A DNA stretch of 64,000 bases from Eledone cirrhosa (taxonomy: Eukaryota). The stretch covers positions 16,802,001 through 16,866,000 of the forward strand of contig OZ024759.1 of assembly GCA_964016885.1 (NCBI GenBank), read 5' to 3'. This document shows positions 1 to 12,675 of this stretch, in pieces. How positions within the stretch are numbered: position 1 is the first letter of the stretch; every line of letters begins with the position of its first letter. The position numbers and the translations under genes are program-made. A model generated the notes under the pieces. It was given only the letters and a program-made list of their open reading frames with translations, had not been told where the DNA came from and made no database searches.

Positions 1-325
1 CTTAGTGGTTAGATCATTGGCCTTGCAATCGAAAGGTTGTGAGTTCAATTCTCAGACCGGGTGATGTGTTGTTTCCTTGAGCAAGACACTTTATTTCACA
101 TTGCTCCAGTTTACTCAGCTATAGAAATGAGATGATAGGGACTGGGGTCCCTATCATTCCACTGTAAAGTGGTCGTGGAGGTGCCACAACAAAAAAGCAC
201 CCAGCACTCACTGTAAATGAGGTTGGTGTTAGGAAGGGCATCCAGCTGTAGAAATCAAGCCAGAATCAGTTCCCGTCCCACCCTGGCAAGCAGGGAAAAG
301 CGGACGTTAAATGATGATGATGATG
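1..325 (+). mobile_element. tRNA-derived CORE-type SINE (family 1)
   Basis: Partial A box (CTTAGTGG), B box (GAGTTCAATTC), CORE-like CCTTGAGCAAGACACTT, ~48-bp internal module, (GAT)n tail. Further copies at ~4305-4685, 6843-7120, 15888-16277, 27646-28000(-), 31206-31455(-), 31470-31700, 48905-49210, 50714-51060(-). Confidence 0.85.
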
Positions 326-611
326 ATATATATTGCTGCTGCCCTCGATCTTCCACGCTAGCATGGGTTAGACAGGAGTTGTCTCAGTTGAGGCAAGATT
401 GGCCGGGTGACCATGTCTCGCTCGTATAGGACTATCTGGCAAGTTATCTACGGCTAGATGCCCTTCCTGACACCAACCACATAGTGTGGACTGGGAACTT
501 TTTACTGTGTTACCTATATGACCACATTAGACCGTGGGCTGTGTGTTTTTTTGTCTTGACACCTACACGTTCTCATTTGTGGTACCAACTATATATATAT
601 ATATATATACG

Positions 612-642
<31 letters not shown>

Positions 643-703
643 AGACTTCGTTTTTGAATTTGTTTTGCAAGATTTCTTATCTGAAAACGTGTGTTGAAAC
701 AGA

Positions 704-936
704 TATTGTTATACTTTGGGAGGGTCATGCTCCCAATAAAAACAAACGCACCTGATGGTTTTCACTTAACCCAATCACTGAGGAGGTTACAGAATGTGTG
801 ACGAAAGAGCTTTAACAATATATAAACAACCAGCCAGTTATCGAACCAACCAACTGGAAATTTATAATAAATTGAAGTGAAAACCAACAGATGCGTGTTT
901 TTATTGGCAATATGACCCTCCCAAAGTATAACAATA
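704..936. repeat. Inverted repeat (~65-bp arms) with central hammerhead-like remnant, between (TA)n tracts
   Basis: 704-770 is the imperfect reverse complement of 872-936. CTGAGGA...GAAAGAGCTTTA at 778-814. Confidence 0.65.
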
Positions 937-1065
937 TACATATATATATATATATTATATATACTGCCCTTGTTACACTCTGTAAGACCTAGCAAGATTT
1001 GAACTTGAAATGTCCACTTCACATTTATTATGTTTTTTTTTTCTTATTGCCATGTTTTATTTTAG

Positions 1066-1234
1066 GGAGGAGCAAGAGAAATTTAATGTTTGGATTGCTT
1101 ACCTGAACCTTGAAAACCTGTATGGCTCCAAAGAAAACCTCACTTCTGTTTTACAGAGAGCTCTACAGCAGAATCAACCTTTAAAAGTTTACCAACAACT
1201 TGTAAACGTATACACAAAATCTGGGAAGATTGAA
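1066..1234 (+). CDS. PDCD11: RRP5/PDCD11 (rRNA biogenesis protein) internal exon, C-terminal HAT/TPR region
   Basis: AG acceptor 1064-1065, GT donor 1235-1236. Translation (R)[42 protein letters not shown] matches the RRP5 motif FREEQEKLNVWVALLNLEN. Confidence 0.93.
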
Positions 1235-1266
1235 GTAAGCCTTTTTTTTTTATCTGATAAATCTGT

Positions 1267-1740
1267 TAGTCTCTCTCTCTTTCTCTGTTGTTTTCTCTTC
1301 ATCTCTCCCCGTGTCTATCTGTCTTTCTCTCTCTCTAAGTCTCTCCTTCTCTGTCTTTGTGTCTGTCTCTCTCTCTCTCTCTCTCTGTAAGTCTCTCCTT
1401 CCCTGCCCTTGTCCTTCTTTGTTCCCCCCCTCTCTCTCTCTCTGTAAGTCTCTCCTTCCCTGCTCTTGTCCCTCTGTGTTCCCTTCCCCCCTCTCTCTCT
1501 CTGTTTGTAGTTCTCTCACCTCTCTCTGTCATTCTTTCTCCCTTCTCTCTTTCTCTGTCTGTCTCTGTCGTTTTCTCTCCATCTCTCTTCTGTCCCTCTC
1601 TCTCTAAGTCTTTTCTTTGTCATTTTCTCTTCCCTTCTCTCTCTGCTTGTCATTCTATCTCCCTTCCACCTCTCTCTGTTTGTCCTCTCTCTCTCTGTCA
1701 TTCTGTCTCCCTCTCTCTATTCTCTCTTCTCTCTCTCTCT
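1267..1740. repeat. (CT)n-rich low-complexity tract; similar tracts at 4925-6020, 25225-25565, 39930-40395
   Basis: Visible CT/CTGT microsatellite mosaic; source of the spurious SLSL and RERE ORFs. Confidence 0.9.
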
Positions 1741-2100
1741 TAACCCTTTAGCATGTAAACCAGCCGTATCCAGCCAGAATTCTCTCACCTTCTGTTCAAA
1801 CCGGCTGTAGCTGGTTGCTTTAAATGCTAAAGGGTTAAAGTATTGTTCTCAAATAAATAACATAAAAATCTCATAGATTCGATATTATTTGAGGTAAAGC
1901 CTTTACCGTGAAAATACAATAGTAAATATAGAGTAATGTAAATACTATGTGAGATATTATGTGCGGTAAACCATTTACCATGAAAATACAATAGTAAATA
2001 TAGAGTAATGTAAATACTATGTGAGATATTATGTGAGGTAAACCATTTACCATGAAAATACAAAAGTAAATATAGAGTAATGTAAATGCTAAAGGGTTAA
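1740..2100. mobile_element. piggyBac-type MITE family (TTAA CCCTTTAGCAT...ATGCTAAAGGG TTAA), here composite with a 60-bp internal triplication
   Basis: CCC-initiated TIRs flanked by TTAA. Other copies at ~15506-15670, 23290-23700, 25657-25770, 26513-26725, 27393-27609, 40834-41055, 41215-41311, 51440-51653, 54798-55011, 57267-57494. Confidence 0.8.
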
Positions 2101-2220
2101 GTAAGATCATGAACTGAACAACCTCATCACTAAGATGAGGTAGAAAGAAAAAATGGAAGAACTTGTAAGTTTGGTTGTTGAAATGTAAATATAATGAAAA
2201 CATTTTCTCTTCTCTTTCAG

Positions 2221-2374
2221 GCAGCACGAGATGTCTATGATATTTTATTGAAACGGTTCCGTAATGAGAAAGAAGTTTGGATTCATTTTGCCATATTTTG
2301 TTACAAAAATGGGTTTTTAGAGCAAGGAAGAGAATTGATTGAGAAAGCTGTGAGGACGATTGATAAAAAAGACC
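2221..2374 (+). CDS. PDCD11: RRP5/PDCD11 internal exon
   Basis: Polypyrimidine tract + CAG ending 2220, GTAAGT donor at 2375. AARDVYDILLKRFRNEKEVWIHFAIF...ELIEKAV is a HAT repeat. Phases 0 and 1 fit the neighbouring exons. Confidence 0.92.
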
Positions 2375-2764
2375 GTAAGTGTGAAGTCTTCTTCTTTGCC
2401 CACTTATTCCTGAGAGGGAATTTTACTAATACCTTTGTATTTTTTTTATTACACAAAAAACATTGCAACCTTCAGTCTGTTTGACTAACTTAAGTTTTCT
2501 TGAGGTTGTTGCAGCTCACACCTATGTAGGTTTAGCTGGCCTCCTATAAAATAGCATCTCATAGTAGGTTTATCAAGTGTTTTAATGATAGGGGCTCTAG
2601 TTCTATCATACACACATATATGTTGTTGTTACAGCTCACATTTATGTAAGTTTAGGTGGCCTCCTATGTGGTTGCATCTCATAGCAGGTTTCTCAGATGT
2701 TTCATTAATGAGGGCCCCAGTTCTACCATGAAAGGTAACAGGAAATGAATCATCTGACTTACAC

Positions 2765-3120
2765 TTCTTCTTCTTCGCCCACTTATTCCTGAGAGGCTTG
2801 TGGGGGCAGAGTCCTCAAACACTCCCCCCAGCGGGTCCTGTCAGAAGCAGCCGTCTCCAACTGATCCAGCTGGACCCCTCTTTTCTCTCTTTTCGTCTCC
2901 TTTCTTTTTCTGAATAGTGGAGTTTCCATCCTCCATCCAAATCTACAGTATCAGAGCCATGGAACTTTGTTGAGGAAATCCCGACTATATCTAGCCGGTA
3001 GCTTCCTCCACTAGTTTCTGCTCCTTACCTGTAAGGGTTGTGATGTTCCAGGTTCCAACTGTTACGGTTTGCTCCCTTCCGGACCATCTTTGGGATCTTG
3101 GGATATGCTACCTTGTTAAG
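2765..3120 (-). mobile_element. Internally deleted RTE-clade LINE (APE N-terminus joined to 3' end)
   Basis: Minus strand reads VTVGTWNITTLTGKEQKLVEEA.../RLDIVGISSTKFHGSDTVDLDGGWKLHYS (APE start), then the 3' end with (GAA)n tail also seen at 42171. Confidence 0.75.
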
Positions 3121-3270
3121 TCTTGAAATAAAGTGTCTTGCTCAAGGACATACCGCATCACCCAGTCTGGAAATCGAGCTTGTAACAACACAGTTGCGAG
3201 TCCAATTCTCTAACCACTAAGCTACGCTTATCATAATGGTGATGATGGTTTAGTATATTACTTTAACATA

Positions 3271-3760
3271 AGGAGGGCAGTAACTCTGATTAAAGACTAC
3301 TGCATGGGGTAGATGTGGGGCTTGAAAGCCATAGTGAAGGCAACCTATCTAGGAGAGCAGTAACTCTGATTGAAGACTACTGCATGGGGTAGATGTGGGG
3401 CTCGAAAGCCATAGTGAAGGCAACCTGTCTAGGAGAGCAGTAACTCTGATTGAAGACTACTGCATGGGGTAGATGTGGGGCTTGAAAGTCATAGTGAAGG
3501 CAACCTGTCTAGGAGAGCAGTAACTCTGATTGAAGACTACTGCATGGGGTAGATGTGGGGCTCGAAAGCCATAGTGAAGACAACCTGTCTAGGAGAGCAG
3601 TAACTCTGATTGAAGACTACTGCATGGGGTAGATGTGGGGCTTGAAAGCCATAGTGAAGGCAACCTGTCTAGGAGAGCAGTAACTCTGATTGAAGACTAC
3701 TGCATGGGGTAGATGTGGGCCCCATAAGCCGTAGTGAAGGCAACGCATCTGGGAGAGCAG
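3271..3760. repeat. 80-bp minisatellite, ~6 copies
   Basis: AGGAGAGCAG recurs at 3351, 3431, 3511, 3591, 3671. Confidence 0.95.
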
Positions 3761-4736
3761 ACACTCCAAATAAAAACTAACAGTGTGGAGAGGACCCTTG
3801 AGTCCAGTAAGACAACCTCTCTAGTGCTGGTGGCACAAATAATACATCCAGTCCACACTGTAAGGTGGTTGGTGATAGGAAGGGCATCCAGCTAGAAAAA
3901 ACCCTGCCAAAAATATGACCAGCTAACACAAACTAGTAAATTTAATTGAATACGAAATTCACTGATAAAAGCCGACCTTACCCAATTACACCTCTCAAAG
4001 GCGATGACACACAACCGTGACCTCTGGCGTCACGCAGTAATACAGAGTACCCGACCTCCCATGGGTACAAGCTGAAGCATATAGACAATATGCCCCCACA
4101 CGCCCCACCGCAAGGTAGTCGTGGAGGTGCCACGGCAAAAAAAGCACCCAGCCCACACTGTAAAGTGGATGTGTAGGCGCCACGAAAAAGCACCCAGCAC
4201 TCACTTCCATTTCTACAGCTGAGTAAACTGGAGCAATGTGAAATAAAGTGTCTTGCTCAAGGAAACAACACATCACCCGGTCTGAGAATTGAACTCACAA
4301 CCTTTAGAGCATTGGCCTTGCAATCGAAAGGTTGTGAGTTCAATTCTCAGACTGGGTGATGTGTTGTTTCCTTGAGCAAGACACTTTATTTTACATTGCT
4401 CCAGTTTACTCAGCTGTAGAAATGAGATGATAGGACTGGGGTCCCAATCATTCCACTGCAAAGTGGTCGTGGAGGTGCCACGCCAAAAAAGCACCCAGCA
4501 CTCACTGTAAATGAGGTTGGTGTTAGGAAGGGCATCCAGCTGTAGAAATCAAGCCAAATCAGTTCCTGTGTGGGCAAGGCATGGTCAGCCGACCAGACAC
4601 TGCCCACAACAGGACAACCCGTCTAACCCATGCTAGCGTGGAAGAACGGACATAAAACGGTGATGATGATGATGATGATGATGACTGGGATCTGAAAACG
4701 AAATAAAAATAAAACTAATTTTTTATGTTTCTACAG

Positions 4737-4902
4737 ATGTTGCATTGGTTTCTAAAATTGCTCAGTTGGAATTTAAATTTGGTGATGTTGAACGTGGCAC
4801 GACGATGTTTGAAAATATTGTTAGTAATTACCCCCGAAGGACTGATCTCTGGTCAATCTATATTGATATGGCAATGTTACAGAACCAGAAAGAACAGATC
4901 AG
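4737..4902 (+). CDS. PDCD11: RRP5/PDCD11 penultimate coding exon
   Basis: CAG acceptor 4734-4736, GT donor at 4903. (H)VALVSKIAQLEFKFGDVERGTTMFENIVSNYPRRTDLWSIYIDM is the hallmark RRP5 C-terminal motif. Confidence 0.95.
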
Positions 4903-6125
4903 GTATGGTATTATAGCATCATATCTCTCTTTCTCTCTCTCTCTCTCTGTTTGTCTCACTCTCCCTCTCTCTCTCTCTCTGTTTGTCTCAGTCTCTCTCT
5001 TTCTGTTTGTCTCTCTCTCTCTCTCTCTGTTTGTCTCAGTCTCTCTCTTTCTGTTTGTCTCACTGTCTTTCTCTCTCTTTCTCACCATTTTTCTGTCTCA
5101 CTCTCTTTGCCTATCATTCTCTGTTTGTTTCACTGTCTCTTTCTCTCTGTTGGTCTCTCTTTCTCTCTCACTCTCTGTCTCACTGTCTCTCGCTGTTTGT
5201 CTCACTGTCTTTCTCTCTCTGTCTCTCTCTCTGTTTGTCTCACTGTCTCTCTCTCTGTCCCACTCTTTCTCTGTTTGTCTCACTGTCTTTCTCTCTCTCT
5301 CTCTGTCTCTCTCTCTGTTTGTCTCACTGTCTTTCTCTCTCTGTCTCACTATCTCTCTCTGTCTCTCTCTCTGTTTGTCTCACTGACTTTCTCTCTTTCT
5401 CACCATCTCTCTTTCTCTGTCTCACTCTCTCTGTCTTTCTACATAACTGTCTCTCTCTCTCTGTGTCTCACTGTCTCTCTCTCTCTGTCTCACTCACTCA
5501 CTCTCTCTGTCTTTCTACATAACTGTCTCTCTCTCTCTGTCTCACTGTCTCTCTCTGTCTCACTCACTCTCTCTATCTCACTCACTCTCTCTATCTTTCT
5601 ACATAACTGTCTCTCTCTCTCTGTTTCACTCTCTCTCTCTGTCTTTCTACATAACTGTCTCTCTCTCTGTCTTTCTACATAACTGTCTCTCTCTCTCTGT
5701 CTCACTGTCTCTCTCTGTCTCACTCTCTCTGTCTCACTCACTCTCTCTATCTTTCTACATAACTGTCTCTCTCTCTCTGTCTCACTCTCTCTCTCTGTCT
5801 TTTTACATAACTGTCTCTCTCTCTCTGTCTCACTGTCTCTCTCTGTCTCACTCTCTCTGTCTCACTCACTCTCTCTGTCTTTCTACATAACTGTCTCTCT
5901 TTCTGTTTCTTTCTCTGCTTCTCATTCAGACACATCCTCCTCCTCCTCTCTATTTCTATCTCTCTGTCTCTGCTTCTCTCTCTGCCTGTCAATCCTCCCT
6001 CTCCCCCTCTCTCTGTCTCCCTGGTGGTGATGGTAGTGGTGGTGATGATGATGTGATGATGATCTGTTATGCATTATTTTGTGTTAACTTCTTCTTTATC
6101 TTCACCTCTTACCTCTCTCTTTCAG

Positions 6126-6282
6126 GCATCTTTTCCAGCGAGTAACAAACCTAAAACTTTCTTCTCGCAAGATGAAATTCTTTTACAAACGTTACTTAAA
6201 TTTTGAAGAAAAAAATGGCGATAAAGAGAGCGCTGAGTCAGTGCGGGAGAAAGCAAAGCAATATGTTGATGAATCTGTTTAA
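6126..6282 (+). CDS. PDCD11: RRP5/PDCD11 terminal coding exon (not in ORF track)
   Basis: TTCAG acceptor 6121-6125. (R)HLFQRVTNLKLSSRKMKFFYKRYLNFEEKNGDKESAESVREKAKQYVDESV, stop TAA 6280-6282. Matches the RRP5 end motif KMKFFFKRYL. Confidence 0.95.
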
Positions 6283-6724
6283 AGCACCATCATAATAATA
6301 TTTTCCAAGGACCCTTTGTAGATATTTCATCACACCAGCATCGAAAAAACCCCCCAAAACATGGAAAATACAAAGAGTGGTTTGCTTGTGGATGGAGATG
6401 CTCTAAAATGGCTTGTATAATAGAGTGAAGACCCCTAAAGAGGGAAAAAGAAGTTGCCATCGGCCTGGTATCTGGGAGATACAAGGTTCATTTCCTGGTA
6501 GCAACTTATTTTTCTGTCTTTAAGGTATTTTATAGTATTTCCATGCATGAGCACACCACTCTTTGTGTTCACTTTTCCCCCTCAACACTTTGTAAAAGTC
6601 CGAGAGATTGGTTACATATACAATGGAAAATACATTTTGTACAAAGCAGGATTGAGTGTGGCAGATCTGGTGTTATTGTTAATGGACATCTTTAGCATCT
6701 TGCACCAGACTCTAAAAGAAAAAG

Positions 6725-6730
6725 AATAAA
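6725..6730 (+). terminator. Candidate polyadenylation signal of RRP5
   Basis: AATAAA ~440 bp after the stop, followed by a T/GT-rich tract (6746-6766). Confidence 0.5.
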
Positions 6731-6770
6731 ATATAACTGAAGACATTTATTTTTATTGTTGTTTCTTAAA

Positions 6771-6845
<75 letters not shown>

Positions 6846-7574
6846 TCAGACCGGGTGATGTGTTGTTTCCTTGAGCAAGACACTTTATTTCACATTGCTC
6901 CAGTTTACTCAGCTGTAGAGTAAATGAGATGATAGGGACTGGGGTCAATATGATTCCACTGCAAAGTGGTCGTGGAGGTGCCACGGCAAAAAAAGCACCC
7001 AGCACTCACTGTAAAATGAGGTTGGTGTTAGGAAGGGCATCCAGCTGTAGAAATCAAGCCAAAATCAGTTCCCGTCCCACCCTTGCAAGCAGGGAAAAGC
7101 GGATGTAAAATGATGATGATATTTGTATATTTATTTAACTCTTAATGTCCTCTACAGCATGAAATAGCATTATCAAGACATTCTTGAAAAGTACAAAACA
7201 GTATTATGACATTAAAAATTAATGTCTTTATTCTAATATCATATGAAACCACATTAGCAAGACATTCTTGAAAAGTACAAAACAACAAACGCTATGATTG
7301 CATCACTTAAAAAATTAATGTCTTAACATCCTGTACTCCAGCACAATACTTTCACATTAAATTTTGAAGCTTTAACTATACTTTGCTGCAAATTTTCACA
7401 ATGCTCTGCCCATTAGTAAAGAACTTATAAACATTTGAATTAAGAAACCAGTTTCTCTACCATGATTTCAGTGTTGGGTGGAGAATCTCTGGCTGTGGAT
7501 CTAAGGGTGACTGTTGAGGCCGATCTGGGCTTGGAAACCAAGCCCACATATGTGTAAGTGCTGCAATGTATTGC

Positions 7575-8220
7575 ATATTAATCTATTCATTACCATACTT
7601 CTAATGAAAGACACTGCCTATGGCTTTCAAATCATTTTGAAAACAATCAAGAGTTCGGAGGGATTTAGTAATATAACTAAATTTCTCATTATTAACCCTT
7701 TCCTTACCATATTTCTAATGAAAGACACTGCCTATGACTTTCAAATCATTTTGAAAATAATCAAGAGTTTGAAGGGATTTAGTAATACAGTGAAATTCTG
7801 TTATAACGAAATTCACGAGGTATAAAAAAAATTTGTAACAAAAAATTCTTTATAAGGAGATCAACTGAAACAAATGAGCGTTTGTTTATTACCTTGGGGA
7901 TTGAAAAAAATTTTGTTATAACAAATACAATTATAACAATTTTTTCAGTATAACTTTTTACCTGTATAACTAAATTTTACATTATTAACCCTTCCCTTAC
8001 CATATTTCTAATGAAAGATACTGCCTATGAATTTCAAATCATTTTGAAAATAATGAAAAATTTGGAGGGATTTAGTAATATAACTAATTTTGTAATTTAT
8101 TTAGAACATTACAAAGGTTTTATATTATATTATGATGGAAGGTTTTTAGGTAAATATAAACACTTTAAAATAAGCAGCTTTGTATCATAAAACCAGGTGG
8201 TCTGCTAATGAAATGGTTAA
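7575..8220. mobile_element. Second TTAA-type MITE family as ~120-bp tandem units, interrupted by a Tigger/pogo-like MITE (7788-7964)
   Basis: Units begin TTAACCCTT(T)CCTTACCATATTTCT. Insert TA-CAGTGAAATTCTGTTATAACG...CCTG-TA. Related copies at 42660-42972(-) and 50350-51430. Confidence 0.65.
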
Positions 8221-9084
8221 GGTGCCGGTCCATTAGTGATTATATGTCATTTTACTAATATCTTTGTATTTTTTTTATTACACAATCACTGCAACCCTCA
8301 GTCTGTTTGACTAACTTGAGTTTTCCTGAGGTTGTTACAGCTCACACCTATGTGGGCTTAGCTGGCCTCCTATAAGATTGCATCTCAGTAGGTTTATCAG
8401 GTGTTTTAATGATAAGGGCTCTAGTTCCATCATACACACATATATGTTGTTATTGCAGCTCACATTTATGTAAGTTTAGGTGGCCTCCTATGTGGTTGCA
8501 TCTCATAGCAGATTTCTCAGATGTTTCATTAATGAGGGCCCCAGTTCTACCATGAAAGGTAACATGAAATGAATCATCTGACTTACACTTCTTCTTCACC
8601 CACTTATTCCTGAGAGGGTCGTGGAGGCAGAGTTGCTGAAGCATAGAACAAACTACCTGCATCAGTTGTTAACTGCTGAGACACTGCATCCTTTAAAACC
8701 TCAAAATTTCCTGAAATTTGCCAACACACCTGATATCCCCGCACACATGTATATCATGACTTATACACTGTTCACTTTCCTGACATTTGTACATTATTTT
8801 AAGTACTATACATGCCCCTTTGACGAGTTGTAGTGCACCTGAGCACTGTACACAATAATTTCATTATTATTAATTACTCCCTCCAGTGGGTCCTGTCAGA
8901 AGCAATCGTCTCTAACCGATCCGGCTGGATCTCCAAGCATGACCAACCAAGCTCGTGGATGTTATCCAACCATCTTGCTCAGGGTCTACCCCTGGGTCTC
9001 CTACCTGTTGGTTTCACCTGTAAAATCTGTCCAGCGATTCTTTACGGAGACATTCTAACCACATGCCCATAGTAAAATGTTGTA

Positions 9085-9350
9085 GGGTAATTATTTACAT
9101 TGGTATGGAGATGTGGTGTACATGGATTATGATTGCTAGTTGAAGAAGTGCCAAGTGATCTCGGTGGAGAGAAATTACAGTAGAGGAAAAGCAAGGAAGA
9201 CCTGGGCAGATGTGGTGAAAACTGACCTCAAATCTCCCAGAGGCGATGAAGGAATGCTACAAGTGAGGAAAGGGTTGTGCTGGAAAGGACCTGTCCAACC
9301 CATGCAAATATGGAGAAAAGCAAAACAAAACCAGACATACAAAGATGATG
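9085..9350 (+). mobile_element. RTE LINE 3' fragment
   Basis: LHWYGDVVYMD...KKCQVISVERNYSRGKARKTWADVVKTDLK followed by a SINE-like tail. Confidence 0.7.
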
Positions 9351-9360
9351 GTGTATAATA

Positions 9361-9548
9361 ATTGTTTCTACTTTAGGCACAAGGCCAGCAATTACCCAGT
9401 GCATTACTGGTACTTTATTTTATCGACCCCGTAAGGATGAAAGGCAAAGTCAACCTCGGCGGGATTTGAACTCAGTTCATAAAGGGACGTAACACGCTGG
9501 AAAGCATGGCGTCCGACCCTCTACCGATACTGCCAATCCACCGCCCTT
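9361..9548 (-). mobile_element. SINE family 2 (Meta-domain-like, ~185 bp)
   Basis: B box GAGTTCAAATCC and GCCTTTCATCCTTACGGGGTCGATAAAATAAAGTACCAG. Copies at ~10160-10337, 13811-13898(-), 17615-17800, 22818-23002, 30048-30232. Confidence 0.8.
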
Positions 9549-10619
9549 GGTGTGTAATAATACTATATTATCTTATTTTTAGTAGTTTCAAAATAGCATT
9601 TGTAAAGTGGTCGTGTAGGTGTCATGACAAAAAGCACCCAATACACACTGTAAACTGGTCATGTAGATATGACAATAAAAACACCCAATCCACATTGTAA
9701 AGTGGACATGTAGGCGACCAGAGAAGAAAGCACCCAGTCCACACTGTACAGTGGTCATGTAGGCGCCGTGACAAAAAGCACCCAGTACTCAGTGTAAATG
9801 AGGTTGGTGTTAGGAAGAGCAACCAGCTGTAGAAACCAAGCCAAAATCAGTTCTGCATGAGCAAGTCAATGCCACCTGACCTAGCATTGCCCACAACAGG
9901 ACAACTTGTCTAACCCATGCTAATGTGGAAGAATGGTCGTAAAACGGTAATGATGATGATGATGATACCTCATTGAACAATTGCCACTTGGATCATATAT
10001 TGAATATTGATCTGGTGTTCAGGAGCCTCTCATAGAAAGTTTGCAAGAAAGACTTAACCAGCAACACCACAGCAGACATTACCACAATGGTGAGAACACC
10101 ATTGTACCATTACTATCACCACTATAGCACCATTTCTGTCATTATTACCACCACCACATGAGCGGTGGATTGACAGTATAGGTAGAGCGTCAGACACTAT
10201 GCTTTGCAGCATAGGGTTATGGTCCTTTACATTCTGAGGTTAACTTTACCTTTCATCCTTACAGGGTCGATAAAATAAAGTACCAGTAATGCGCACTGGG
10301 ACAATTGCTGGCCTTGTGCCAAAAGTAGAAACAATTATCACCACCATCACTAATGTCACGCAACACTGCTACACCATTACCACAATACCACTATTGTCAC
10401 CACAACCACTACACTGCAGACACCATTACACACACCACCACCACCACCTCAACCACTGCAAACATCATCACACTAACAATACTACCACTACCACTACCAC
10501 CACTATATCACGAACAACCACTACAACAACCTCTGCAAACATCACACCACCACTACCTTCATTTCTTTAAACGTTAATCCCCTTCCCCCTTCATTGTGGT
10601 CACCGTCGCCGCCACCGCA

Positions 10620-11101
10620 GCAGAAAAGAAAAGGTAAAGAAGTAATAAGTAGAAGAGAGAGAGGGGGAAGGAGCAGAAAGTTGGAAAGAAAGAGATATAC
10701 AGATTTGAGAGAGAGAGGGAAAGTGAAATGTTTTAAAGAATGGTAGAAAGAGAGGGGGAAATATTTTATTAGGGGAAACAGAGAAAAAAGGGATAAATAA
10801 GTATTAAATAGAGAATGAGAGACGGAAAAGAGATAAACCCAATTATAAGAGAGAATAAAAGTAAGGTTTGAAAGGGTGGGGAGAGAAAAGGTCTATTAGG
10901 GGGGAAGGGATAAATAATAATTACTGAGAGAGTGAAGGGGGAAAGGGAGTACGAAAGCAGATGGTTGGAGGCGGTGGGAGAGAGAGTAAGAGCGTGAGAT
11001 TTGAAAGAGGGTTGAAAGTGAGAGAGGGAAAAGACAAGTAGTAATTACGTAGAGAGTGAGTGAGAGGGGAGAGATAGTGAGCGAGAGAGAGAACGACCAA
11101 G
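10620..11101 (+). promoter_or_regulatory. Putative promoter/5' UTR of tankyrase (purine-rich, GA-rich)
   Basis: Transposon-free GA-rich tract directly upstream of the ATG. CpGs are retained around exon 1. Transcription start not determinable. Confidence 0.4.
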
Positions 11102-11315
11102 ATGGCGTCTAGTCGTCGTTCGCAAGTTCCTGGCAACTTGGCGTTGTCTTCCTCGTCTGCTTCGTCTGTAACGGCAGCAGTGGACCGAAGACGGGAATTA
11201 TTCGAAGCCTGTCGCAACGGCGATTTGGCCAAAGTGAAGAAAATTTTGACTAGACATAATGTAAATGCCAAAGACACATCGGGAAGGAAATCGTCACCTC
11301 TTCATTTCGCTGCAG
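11102..11315 (+). CDS. TNKS: Tankyrase (PARP5) coding exon 1
   Basis: AAGATGG start. MASSRRS...[42 protein letters not shown] is the tankyrase first ankyrin cluster. GT donor at 11316, phase 1. Confidence 0.96.
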
Positions 11316-11760
11316 GTACATAAGTTTATTTTTATTTATTGATTGATAGATTTATTTAATTAATTAGGCAATCCAGTAATTCAATTTCTAAGACTTAATA
11401 CAATAACAATAACCACACATACAAATTAACGTAATTGTTGCATGAACAGTCGTAATCACGCAAGCACGGTCACAATGTATATTAATAATAACAAGATAGG
11501 AGGGAAAACTAGAGAAAGCGAAGGAGGAGAAGTGAGAGATGTATGCGCGTGAATGACAGGAGAGAGGCAGAAAGTAAAGACAAGGGGGAGAGGAGGAGGG
11601 AGATAAAGAAACTTGACTAAAGGTGCAGACGGGAAGAGAGATATAAAGAAAGACAGTGTGGAAGGGGGAGGAAGGGCTACTGTTCGTACACATTCAACGG
11701 TTTGTTACTTCAAACTGAAAACGCGCACACATAAGTATATATTATATATATACACATCTG

Positions 11761-11794
<34 letters not shown>

Positions 11795-11852
11795 TATATT
11801 GGAAAACATATACAAACACGTACGTTGTATATTGATTCTTACACGACATAAC

Positions 11853-11892
<40 letters not shown>

Positions 11893-12057
11893 GAAATATA
11901 CACATACAGATGAAAAATCCCCAATAAAAATGATCCAACTGGAGCACAGTCGTGTTTTCAATATAACATGTTTGAAATTGAAGATAATATATATATATAT
12001 ATATATGTAGCTTTCCTTATATATATATATATATATATATGTTTGTGTGTGTGTCTG

Positions 12058-12090
<33 letters not shown>

Positions 12091-12259
12091 TATTATTTAC
12101 CGTCAGTGCCCACCAATAAATGAAAAATTAGTTGAGGTTATGACTAATGTCTATCTAAGATAATCATAATAACCGAATAGTGAGAATGCATACCTCGAAT
12201 ATACCCTTATAAAGTAAATATACGAATTTGTCAATAAATATGCATCTGTCTGTCTGTCC

Positions 12260-12313
<54 letters not shown>

Positions 12314-12420
12314 CATATATGAAATAAATAGGTACCTTCTCTTCTAATGTATTGAGTACCTTATTTAACTGGTTCCTTTCGGGAAACCGTTCTTGATTAT
12401 GTATGATACCGTAATCGGTT

Positions 12421-12485
<65 letters not shown>

Positions 12486-12550
12486 CCCGAGTTCAATGGG
12501 GGGTAACCAGAGTAAGGTACTCAATACATAGTAGAGTATACAATATTTAA

Positions 12551-12675
12551 TATAGAAATGGCTTCTACAGGACTAGAACTGTTTCATTCGAAGGAAATCA
12601 TCGGGAACTCATCAGAGCTTTCTTGATGATTTCCTTCGAATGAAACAGTTCTAGTCCCGTAGAAGCCATTTCTAT

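Noticed and set aside
4903-5992. Long SLSL/RERE extensions of the RRP5 ORFs, and the many YIYI, CVCV and HTHT ORFs elsewhere
   Set aside because: Read-through into intronic microsatellites beyond clear GT donors.
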